Source of the DNA: Octopus sinensis
Taxonomy: Eukaryota
Assembly (NCBI RefSeq): GCF_006345805.1
Contig: NC_043000.1
Span: 17,670,001 to 17,734,000 of the forward strand
DNA: 64,000 bases
Reading direction: 5' to 3'
In this document: positions 52,476-64,000 of the stretch, in pieces
Layout: the number at the start of each line of letters is the position of its first letter
How positions within the stretch are numbered: position 1 is the first letter of the stretch
The notes under the pieces: generated by a model
Seen by the model: the letters and a program-made list of their open reading frames with translations, nothing else
Database searches by the model: none
What the model was told of the DNA's origin: nothing
Program-made: the position numbers and the translations under genes

Positions 52476-55400
52476 CTTTGACTAAAATTCTTTAAGATAG
52501 TGCTCCAGCATGGCCACAATCTAATAACTGAAACAAGTAAAAGAATAAAAGAATATATATATTAGACACAACCAACTAATAAGAAACTATAGAGTAACAT
52601 ATCAAATACAATGATCCAATGAAAACATTCCCTTTCTTCTGTTACTCTCTATAGTTCCTCTTTGGACGGTTGTGTCTGATATAAATTTTTAACAATGCAA
52701 ATGATGAATCAAAAACAATGACTTCTTTTATTCATTCATCCATTTGTCCCAATCTGGCAACTCTTTACTCTTTTACTCTTTTACTTGTTTCAGTCATTTG
52801 ACTGTGGCCATGCTGGAGCACCGCCTTTTAGTCGAGCAAATCGACCCCGGGACTTATTCTTTGTAAGCCCAGTACTTATTCTATCGGTCTCTTTTGCCAA
52901 ACCACTAAGTGACGGGGACATAAACACACCAGCATCGGTTGTCAAGCGATGCTAGGGGGACAAACACAGACACACAAGCACACACACGCATATATATATA
53001 TATATTATATATATATATATATACATATATATATACGACAGGCTTCTTTCAGTTTCCGTCTATCAAATCCACTCACAAGGCTTTGATCAGCCTGAGGCTA
53101 TAGTAGAAGACACTTGCCCAAGGTATCACGCAGTGAGACTGAACCCGGAACCATGTGGTTGTTTAGCAAGCTACTTACCACACAGCCACTCCTGTACACT
53201 ATGTACATCATTCATATGTTAAACAGGTGATTATTTCCTTACACCTCATATTGATACCTCCTGTTACACAGATATAGTGCCACCTGGACAATATTATCAA
53301 ATGACTCCTTTTTAAAACAATGAACTGGGGTTTGAGTGAGTTTTGGTCGCTATTTCTAGCAGTCGAATGACAACGTATGCCACCACTGTTGACTCATCAT
53401 ACTGAAAAGTTGCTGAATGGTAAATAAGAGATGATAGTAGGTGAGCTGGCAGAAATATTAGCACGCTGGGCGAAATGAGTAGCCGTATTTCGTCTGCCAT
53501 TACGTTCTGAGTTCAAATTCCACCGAGGTCAACTTTGCCTTTCATCCTTTCGGGGTCGATAAATTAAGTACCAGTTATGCACTGGGGTCGATGTAATCGA
53601 CTTAATTCGTTTATCTGTCCTTGTTTGTCCTCTCTGTGGGTAGTAAAGAAATAGGTAAATGAGAGTTGATAGTAGGTTGAGCCTACCCGTAATAGACCAG
53701 CAATAGGACTAACTGTAAGGAGCATTAAAGAGATTGTAAAGGTAATACAAGAGATGGTAAAGGTGTGATAATTGGGAAAACTGAATCAAGATCAATTCAA
53801 TAAACCAATTTTTTCTAGTTTGTGTTATAGATGGTAAATTTACTTCTCTCTCTCCCATATTATCATTCCACCACCATGCTGCCTAGGTTGCACGCTGCTC
53901 AAAGAACTTTTCAGTTGCTGCTTTCAGCTGATTATCCAACAGAAGAAGCTGCAGTAGAGATCTATAAAGACATGATAAATGCAACAGTTAAATGCATAAT
54001 GACAAGGGAAACTACAGGGATAGATACTGATATATTGAGGGTGACAGGATGGGTTGTTACATCAATCACTTGCTCAGATTGTGAAACGAGTATGTTATCT
54101 CTGATGGCCAATGAAGCAGTTGTGTGGATCATATAGCTTAACAGAATAGTCTAGGAAAAGAACAAGAGATAAATTCACCATCTACAGCATAAACTATAGA
54201 AAGTCAGCTATCCGCCAATATATTAGGGCTTACTAATATGGATGTGGAGATCTGGTTGACCTTGGATCAACTTTTCCAATTATCATATTCTTACCATCTA
54301 TTGTACTCACCATCTCTTTACTGATTCCTGGTGTTAGTTCTAAATTCGGCCCTATTATAAGTAGGTTCTACTTCCAGCTCCTGTTCCTCATTCAGTAACT
54401 CTTAATAATGAGGAAACCTCAAGAAGACCTTTATTTTGTCATTCAACCTACAAGAAATAGCTACTAAATCTCCCTCAAATCACACCTCATTATGTTAAAA
54501 AAAGGATTCATTTGGTAATATAATCCAGAGCACCACCCGACCGTGTCCGTTGCCAGCGCCGCCCCGACTGGCCTCCGTGCCAGTAGCACGTAAAAAGCAC
54601 CATCCGATCGTGGCCGTTGCCAGCCTTGCTTGGCCCCCGTGCCGGTGGCACGTAAAAAACACCATCCGTCCGTGGCCGTTTGCCGGCCCCGTCTGGCACC
54701 TGTGCGGGTGGCACGTAAAAAGCACCCACTACACTCACGGAGTGGTTGGCGTTAGGAAGGGCATCCAGCCGTAGAAACACTGCCAGATCAGACTGGGCTT
54801 GGTGCAGACTTCTGGCTTCCCAGACCCCAGTTGAACCGTCCAACCCATGCTAGCATGGAAAGCGGACGCTAAATGATGATGATGATGATGCTCCATGTTT
54901 GAAAGATATAATTATTTTATTAATTAAGTCGTGCACTGACATTTGAAGTTCTGACAAGAAGCTTCTAGTATGTTCAAACCTACTCCAATTGCTGTCAGAC
55001 ACTCCACTGCCATCAGACCATTTAGAGATCCAAGATCCTCATTACAGGAAAGGATACCTATACATTGAAGTATTATAATGGTGTTGGAGGTGCACATTTT
55101 CACCATCACTGTGCAAAGGAGATGAAGAAGAGGAGATCAATCCGCTGGCAAGAAGGATCCAAGGCCGCTAGTACCTTCTCTAATGCTGCCAGAAATACAG
55201 TGCATGAGAAATTGTCTTACAGTTGATCACTACATTTTTTGTCGGAGGCTCCTCTTAAATTTTGTCTTCCTGAACTCACCTACAAGGCAGCACATTAGTG
55301 ATCAAACAGTGCTAAGGCATAACCACAGGGTGGGCCTGCATACTGTATCACTGAGCTGTAAAATACTCAATTAGTATGTGTGACCATTAGGAGGCTTGGC

Positions 55401-55774
55401 AGAAGGCTTTAGGAAATAGAGGAAGTGTACTGGCAGTCAAGATTATAACACTTGACTGATTCCAAGTTTACTACATGGGATAAACAGTAGCAGTAATCTG
55501 ATTTTTAGATTTTAGAATTAAGGCGACGAGCTGGCAGAATCGTTAGCACGCTGGGCGAAATGCGTAGCTGTATTTCGTTTGCCGTTACGTTCTGAGTTCA
55601 AATTCCGCCGAGGTCGACTTTGCCTTTCATCCTTTCGGAGTCGATAAATTAAGTACCAGTTACACAATGGAGTCGATGTAATCGACTTAATACCTATGTC
55701 TGTCCTTGTTTGTCCCCTCTGTGTTTAGCCCCTTGTGGGTAGTAAAGAAATAAGTAATCTGTTTTTTTTTTTCT

Positions 55775-56077
55775 TTTTGTTCCTTCTTGAGCCATGCCTG
55801 GCTCATAAGGGTCGGTTTCCCGGTTTCCTTGGCATATAGGTTCCCCACCTGGATGGGACGCCGGTCCGTCGCAGGTGAGCTGCAAGATGCAGGAGGAAAG
55901 AGTGAGAGAAAGTTGTAGTGAAAAGAGTCAGCAGAAGTTTGCCATTACTTTCTGCCGGAACCGCATGGAGCTTAGGTGTTTTGCTCATAAATACACACAT
56001 CGCCCAGTCTGAGATTTGAACCTGCGATCCCTCAACCGTGAGTCCACTGCTCTAACCACAAGGCCATGTGCCTCCAC
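55775..56077 (-). mobile_element. Family A-like head with a third tail (cctgcgacggaccggcgtcccatccagg...)
   Basis: Minus strand head gtggaggcacatggccttgtggttagagcagtgg; different 3' half. Confidence 0.7.
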
Positions 56078-56219
56078 AGTAGTAATCTGTAAACAAGAGA
56101 TATGCAAGCACTACTATTCTAGATACATTATATAATCCTACACACATTCATCCATATACATTTCATCATGCTTACATACATAAACACATTCATACATACA
56201 TATGTACATGTATATATTG

Positions 56220-56545
56220 AGCACTCCATCGGTTACGACGATGAGGGTCCCAGCTGATGCGATCAACAGAACAGCCTGCTCATGAAATTAATGTGGAAGT
56301 GACTGAGCAATCCACAGATATGTGTACCCCTAACGTAGTTCTCAGGGAAATTCAGCGTGACACAGAGTGTGACAAGGCCGGCCCTTTGAAATACAGGAAC
56401 AACTCATTTTTGTCAGCTGAGTGGACTGGAGCAACGTGAAATAAAGTGCCTTGCTCAAGGACACAACGTCTTACCAGGAATTGAACTCATGACTTTACAA
56501 TCATGAGCCGAATACCATAAACACTAAGCCACGCACCTTCACACT
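56220..56545 (-). mobile_element. Different tRNA head (family B) joined to tail X; related head with another tail at about 22475-22815(+)
   Basis: Minus head gtgaaggtgcgtggcttagtg...gtgtccttgagcaaggcacttta; 3' half matches family A tail X (gagcaggctgtt...gtcgtaaccgatggagtgc). Confidence 0.75.
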
Positions 56546-56640
56546 CCATGCATGTGTACGTACATATATACATACATAAATACATATCATATATACACAC
56601 ATATATACATACATAAGTATGTATGTAGATATATACATAA

Positions 56641-56975
56641 CAGGCCGGATATTATTGTAAGATAAAGAAATGCATGTCCTATCAGAGAGGTCAGCTGCGT
56701 GGCTGAAGTGAATTTCTCTTCAAAAACACAGAGAAAGAAGATGACTACATGCAATTGTTTCAAAACCTTCAGCTTCTGTATCCAGATTATACATTTACCT
56801 TCATACCAGTTATAATTGGTGCATTTGGTTTTGTGAGTAAATGCCTAAAGTGACAATCTTGGTTAACTAGGGTTTCCAGAAAAAGGAATCATCCAGCTAG
56901 TTCACTCAGTACAAATACAATCTGTAAGTGGAACAGTAAAGCTATGCGAGACTTTTCTCAAGTTCAAAACACGGA
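56641..56975 (+). mobile_element. 3' remnant of an R4/Dong-like non-LTR element (restriction-like endonuclease domain)
   Basis: RPDIIV...EVSC...(EK)EDDYMQL...LYPDYTFTFIPVIIGAFG...SVSGTVKLCETFLKF across frameshifts. Confidence 0.7.
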
Positions 56976-57504
56976 TTTGTTTTTGTTATCTACATTCCAG
57001 TGATGGAGCTCTGTATCTTTGTTAGGCACCAGCTCCTTCCTTATAGGAAGACTTCAAATAATTAAAAACAGAAGGGAACATTCATTCTCACACTTGCATA
57101 CATACACACAACCAAACAAACAATGCTATACTCTCATGATACCTAACCTAAAAATATTCCCGAATGCTTCTGTTTTGATATCAACAGTTCTACTAACAGA
57201 ACCTCTAACCTTAACCTCAGCACACCAACAACTTCCTAATCTCCCGCCTGTCCACAGAAAGACTTCACCAACAAAGATGTCATCCTCACAGCCTTCACTT
57301 CATATCATAGAAATATATTATCAGTTCTTGCTAATGCCCCAGATTTAGTGCTTACCGACCTAATCAGACAGATGGAATTTACAGGAAAACAACATTGCAA
57401 TGGGAATAATCTCAGAAATGTCTCTTCTATGTTGGCTTCTCTTTGACAAATAATTAACTGATGAATAAATTCTTAAAAAATTACAATGTATTTATTTATT
57501 TATA

Positions 57505-57515
57505 TATAATGCATT

Positions 57516-57547
<32 letters not shown>

Positions 57548-57737
57548 TGTATGTATGTATGTATGTGTGTGTATGTATGTATGTTTGTATGTATGTATGT
57601 ATGTATGTGTGTGTGTATGTATGTATGTATGTGTGTGTTTATGTATGTATGTATGTATGTATGTGTGTATGTGTGTATGTATGTGTGTGTGTATGTATGT
57701 ATGTATGTTTGTATGTAAGTATGTTTGTATGTATGTG

Positions 57738-57768
<31 letters not shown>

Positions 57769-58215
57769 GTGTGTATGTATGTATGTATGTATGTGTGTGT
57801 ATGTATGTGTGTGTGTGTATGTGTGTATATATGTATGTATGTATGTGTGTGTGTATGTATGTATGTATGTATGTGTGTGTGTATGTATGTATGTATGTAT
57901 GTATGTATGTATGTGTGTGTTTATGTATGTATGTATGTATGTATGTTTCTATGTATGTATGTATGTATGTATATATGTATGTTTGTATGTAAGTATGTAT
58001 GTATGTATGTATGTATGTATGTTTGTATGTACGTATGTATGTATGTATGTATGTTTGTATGTAAGTATGTATGTATGTATGTTTGTATGTATGTATGTAT
58101 GTATATATGTATGTATGTATGTTTGTATGTATGTATGTATGTATGTGTGTGTGTGTATGTATGTATGTATGTATGTATGTATGTGTGTGTGTATGTATGT
58201 ATGTATGTATGTATG
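57505..58215. repeat. (TATG)n/(TG)n tract; complementary (CATA)n tracts 975-1425, 29310-29715, 43570-43930; (TCTA)/(TCTG) 58565-58860
   Basis: Direct reading. Confidence 0.95.
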
Positions 58216-58429
58216 CATGTGTGTGTGTGTGTTTGTACTTATATACTATTTATTTATATAACATACACAAACGAACAGCTATATATTTATTTATTTATAA
58301 AATTTGAAATTCTGTTTATGTTACGCTTTTGTTTTGTTTTTTATGCTGTCAGGTTTGTGTTTCTCTGTGGGTAAATGTGTGAGACACTACATGTGTGGGC
58401 ATATGCATGAGTTTTGTGTGTGTGTGTGT

Positions 58430-58467
<38 letters not shown>

Positions 58468-58586
58468 TATAATTGTATATGACTTAAAAATAAATTCATT
58501 GAGTTTAAAGTTCACTTGACATGGCTCTCTAAGAATTTTTTCTGTGTATATATATGTGTGTGCCTATTTATCTATCTATCTATCTT

Positions 58587-58729
<143 letters not shown>

Positions 58730-59276
58730 GTCTGTCTGTCTGTCTATCTGTCTATCTATCTGTCTGTCGTCTGTCTGTCTGTCTCTCTATCTCTCTAGCT
58801 ATCTATCTAGCTATCAATCTATCTATCTTTCTTTCTTTCTTTCTATCTATCTTTCTATTCTATTCTAAAGGTGGTGCTCCAGCATGACCGCAGTCAAATG
58901 ACTGAAATGAATAAAAGAATAAAAGAATATTCTATGCTATTCTATGTTTGTCTATCTATCTTTCTATTGTTATGCCCAACAATATAAAAATATATTTACT
59001 TTATTTTCTTTTAGAGTGTGTTTTTTTTCTGACTTATGGACAACTAACCGATAATTATACATACATACACACATACATGCATGCATACATACATACATAC
59101 ATACATACATACATACATAAATATATATATTAACCCATGCTAGCATGGAGAATGGACGTTAAGCGATGATGATGATAGGTACATATATATATATATATAT
59201 ACACATATGCATACATACATACATACATGCATACATGCATACACACATGCATACATACATACATACATACATACAC

Positions 59277-59311
<35 letters not shown>

Positions 59312-59371
59312 TATATATGTATATATTATTAGGTTGGTGATGTAAACAAAAAAATAGAAGTCAAAACATGA

Positions 59372-59446
<75 letters not shown>

Positions 59447-60377
59447 GTATAAAGATATATGTGTTAGCATTTTTTTGTGTTGGGACTGGGTGATAGTTGT
59501 AAATGAGTGTCACTGTCATACAAGTGGTGTCATTCATTTCCAATCCTCTGCAAAAACCTGTCTGATCATAGGGGAAATAGTTCTTTGCTTAGAAGTAGAT
59601 GAAGATTGGCAACTACAGATAGGGCATCCAGTCATAGAATGACTGCTTCAATGAACTCCATCTGATCCATTCAAGCATGGAAAAGTGGGTGTTAAAATGG
59701 TGGCGATGGTGATGATGATATTAGCTATTGAGTAATCAACAGACACATGTACCTCTGATGTAATTCTCAGGTTGGAAGCACTCCGTCGGTTCCAACGACG
59801 AGGGTTCCGGTTGATCCGATCAACGGAACAGCCTGCTCGTGAAATTAACGTGTAAGTGGCTGAGCACTCCACAGACACGTGTACCCTTAACGTAGTTCTC
59901 GGGGATATTCAGCGTGACGCAGAGAGTGACAAGGCCGGCCCTTTGAAATACTGGTACAACAGAAACAGGAAGTAAGAGTGAGAGAAAGTTGTGGTGAAAG
60001 AGTACAGCAGGGATCACCACCATCCCCTGCCGGAGCCTCGTGGAGCTTTAGGTGTTTTTGCTCAATAAACACTCACAATGCCTGGTCTGGGAATCGAAAC
60101 CGCGATCCTATGACCGCGAGTCCTCTGCCCTAACCACTGGGCCATTGCGCCTCCAGGTAAAATCTCAGGTAAAATCAATTACAGGTACAATCCATGTGAT
60201 GGGTGTCAATACAGTTTCTGCCTACTCAGTTTTGCTCAAAAGGTGTAGGTTGATCCAAGTCTGGCAGACTTGAAACAGAAAGCTCATGTTTGCAAAGCAA
60301 ACTTCTTAACCATTCACCCATACTATATCTACACAGACACAGACTTACATACACACACACACACGCACACACACGCA

Positions 60378-60416
<39 letters not shown>

Positions 60417-60706
60417 GCACACACACACGTTATTAGTGACAGAAACAGCATTAGTTCAAAATAGCAATCTATGTATCATACACATTGCAGATATATCATT
60501 GAAAGCCTTCTAAACTGTGGTATTTGTTTTGAGAAAATTTATCTTATAGACATATAAAAACAAGTATTTAACATCATCACTGCTGCTGGACAGTTTTTGT
60601 CTGCTACTGATATATTTCTGTGTTTCTTAATGCTATGTCTATAAGAAATGCTTTCATGAGACGAGTATTGTAGTTTATAAGGCTTCCAATGATGTATCTG
60701 TTTTAA

Positions 60707-60925
60707 CCCTTTAGTATTTAAACCGGCCATATCCGGCCAAAATAGCTAATCCGTTTTATGTTCAAACTGACAAGATCCAGGCTCTCACGCCTACCCTACA
60801 ATGTTATTCTACATTAAGTAATTATACCATCAAGATCTTGAAGATATGAGATAATGCATGATTAATTCAAATCAATGGGAATCGATAAGCATTATGTTTG
60901 ATTGAATAATCTGAACACTAAAGGG
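60707..60925. mobile_element. TTAA-flanked (piggyBac-like) MITE; degenerate copies about 15440-15645, 44335-44925 (SINE-interrupted), 45848-46048, 61020-61188
   Basis: TTAA|ccctttagtatt ... aacactaaaggg|TTAA. Confidence 0.75.
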
Positions 60926-61498
60926 TTAAGCTTGCTATTTTGAACTAATACAGTTTCTGTCATTTATAATAAATTTTATTCAGCCTGCCAACTAATTATA
61001 ACACTACTTGTTATATGTTAAAACTGACCAGATCCAACCTCTCACACCTAACCTACAATGTCATTCTAAAAATATACTAACACACCATTCAACTCTAGAA
61101 GCTACAAAATGATGTGTGATTAATTTGAAACAATTTGAATAAATAAGCAATTCATTTGACAAAAAAATCTGAATATGAAAGGATTAATGTTTGTTTTATA
61201 CTGAGTTATATATAAGAACAGTTTAACACTAACTGAAGGATTACTTAGTACTTTTTTGTAGATTACATATCTCTCTTTACTCTTTTACTCTTTTACTTGT
61301 TTCAGTCATTTGACTGCGGCCATGCTGGAGCACTGCCTTTAATCGAGCAACTCGACCCCGGGACTTATTCTTTTGTAAGTCCAGTACTTATTCTATCGGT
61401 CCCTTTTGCCGAACCGCTAAGTAACGGGGATGTAAACACACCAGCATCGGTTGTCAAGCAATGCTAGGGGGACAAACACAGACACACAAACATACACG

Positions 61499-61568
<70 letters not shown>

Positions 61569-61951
61569 TACGACAGGCTTCTTTCAGTTTCCGTCTACCA
61601 AATCCACTCACAAGGCTTTGGTCGGCCCGAGGCTATAGTAGAAGACACTTACCCAAGGTGCCACGCAGTGGGACTGAACCCAGAACCATGTGGTTGGTAA
61701 ACAAGCTACTTACCACACAGCCACTCCTGCGCCTATCTGTTAAGTTTTACTAGAAAAAGGCTGACACTGACTGAAGTTTTGTCTGATGATAGAAAGTAAG
61801 TCAAAACTTTGAAGTCACTGTCAACCTTTGCCGTGTGAAAGTTAATGCATGTATGTATGTAAGTATGTAAGTATGTATGTATGTAAGTATGTAAGTATGT
61901 ATGTATGTATGTATGTAAGTATGTAAGTATGTATGTATGTATGTATGTATG

Positions 61952-61982
<31 letters not shown>

Positions 61983-62816
61983 TTCTGTCTGTCTGTATGC
62001 ATGCATGCATATATGTATGTATGTACATGCATGCATACAAGCATGAACACACGTGCCCACACACACACACAGAAAAAAAACTCCTTTTTCACTTTTAAAG
62101 ATATAATTTCCTTTTCCATTTTTAGACGAAATTTTAGTTGTTCATATTACCTATGAGGCTTGAAAAATAATATGTATATATATATCTACATTTCTACATG
62201 AATGTGTGTGTGTGTGTGTGTGAGTAGTAGTAGAGAGAGAGAGAAAAAGAGGGAGAGCTAAGTGAGATTTTGCATTCCACAATGGCCAAACGTCCTTGTC
62301 TAATAAGTTCATAAAAGAGAAAGGAAAACAGACTTAGGAAGTGGGTTGTGTGAAATATTTATGGACCTTAATTGAGAGATATGGATTCATATTTCATTCA
62401 CATAGATCTCCCCTCCCTTTCTGTTCTACATAACATAACATACGGATTTGTATATACACACACATACAGTGACTCATTGTATAGACATTCTCTATACTCA
62501 TACCATAGATATTCTATACACTCATTCTATAGATATTCTATACACTTCATCTATAAGCATTTTACACACTATTTTAGACATCTTATAGAGGTTTATAAAT
62601 ACTCTTTTGATACTTTGTAAGTATTCTATAGATATTCTACCAACACACTACTAATCTATAAGCTAATCTGTTTGACACTTTAACCATCTCTCATCTCTGA
62701 CTGAAAAGCTTCCTGTCTCATAGAACCATGCAGTGTGTGCTGATGAAGCTCTCTGTAACCCACACTCTGACAGCTCTGGTGTGACCCATGGTTTGGTTAT
62801 ATCTCACCCTCTACAT

Positions 62817-63346
62817 CAGTGATTCTCAGCTTGAGGGTCTATATAAGATTTTGTGGGGTCCATGCAACAAAATGGTAAACTGGGGATCTATCATAGTATT
62901 TTAAGGGCCCCTGAAAAAAATTCGCTTTAGATGTATGTAATGGTATATATTGCTAGGCGGTGAGCTGGCAGAAACGTTAGCACACATGTTCTGAGTTCAA
63001 ATTCCACCGAGGTCGACTTTGCCTTTCATCCTTTCGGGGTCGATAAATTAAGTACCAGTTGCGTACTGGAGTTGATCTAATTGATTGGCCTCCCCTCCCC
63101 CAGAATTTTGGGCCTTGTACCTAGAGTAGAAAAGATTATATATTGCTAGAAACAGCTAGGTTTCTTTCTCTAACATTTTACATAGTTCACCCTGCACAAG
63201 TTAATGTGTAAGAAACAAAATAGAAATATTGAAAAAAGTTTCTATAAAACTAGTTTGTAAACATCAAATAGCTATAGGGGTCTTTTAGAATAAAATGATA
63301 ATCAAAGGGGGTCCATAGATAAAAAAAAAGTGGTTGAGAACCCCTG
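62817..63346. mobile_element. Same hAT MITE family, opposite orientation, with nested SINE
   Basis: Perfect 8-bp TSD ctctacat (62809-62816, 63347-63354); nested SINE flanked by tatatattgctag (62944-62956, 63137-63149). Confidence 0.85.
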
Positions 63347-63479
63347 CTCTACATTAACAACTGATTAGCTACAACTTTTATAAACATTTACTCATACGTA
63401 TATGACACCATTCTTCATTCTTCCTTTGCCTTCCTCATGCATTCATCATCCATATGCAACCACAACTCTTCATGCCAAA

Positions 63480-63990
63480 CTGATACAGTCTCTGTGAACA
63501 AAGGTCTTAGAAATAACCTCAGATGGAGCCATGACAATATAGTATCTTTGACAATAAAAAGCGCAATCAACTATACATATCAAGGGAACACTCTTATACC
63601 CTACCGTCCATAGTCTCAGAAAACAAACAATCAAAGCTATCAAAATTAATACGATTGTTAGGCTTCACAATCTCTGGTCATCCTTCTTGACAGCTCTACA
63701 TACACAGTATAGCAAACACTGCGTCTCAGTGACTAATCACTCCTCCTTCAAAGCCATAAAATACTTCAGTTCTGATCAATTACTGATCCTCTGCAATACT
63801 CAAGTTGTACTCATGTTGGAGTGGTGCTCCCACATAAGAGCTGATATTGCTCCTACACACACAAGTGTTTAAACCACATCCAAAAAGAAGGCCATCCAAC
63901 TCTACAACCACTGGCCCACAGAAGTGTTGTACTGTTGTCTACTTACTCTGTCTTTTCTATCTCAACTATAATGATCTCTTCTTTTCTAAG
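63480..63990 (+). mobile_element. CR1-like LINE RT C-terminal remnant
   Basis: LLGFTIS...HSIANTAS and KYFSSDQLLILCNTQVVLMLEWCSHI resemble the CR1-group YF..QLL.LYK.....MEY..HIW segment. Confidence 0.6.
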
Positions 63991-64000
63991 CAACCTGGTT

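Noticed and set aside
62740-62785. CTGATGA...GACAGCT as a hammerhead
   Set aside because: GAAA core absent; at most a dead remnant.

Overview
AT-rich, microsatellite-dense eukaryotic DNA. From recalled repeat families it is most likely a coleoid cephalopod (Octopus); no database was searched. There is no intact long protein-coding gene, and nearly every ORF in the track is a microsatellite or SINE artefact. Dominant content: many copies of several tRNA-headed SINE-like families with interchangeable heads and tails; decayed LINEs (RTE, CR1-like, R4/Dong-like); DNA transposon remnants (Chapaev/RAG1-like, Tc1, mariner, hAT and TTAA MITEs, Helitron); and several long fold-back palindromes. Highlights: (1) a full-length 5S rRNA copy fused head-to-tail to a tRNA-type SINE inside one 15-bp target-site duplication (13154-13518); (2) three Penelope-style minimal hammerhead ribozyme motifs, one at the 3' end of a tRNA-headed element (31073-31118); (3) SINE dimers sharing the same junction; (4) a retroposon whose 5' end is a ~67-bp VNTR; (5) two phase-compatible candidate coding exons (7740-7806, 12606-12657) of an unidentified + strand host gene. 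Repeat boundaries without a stated TSD are approximate.
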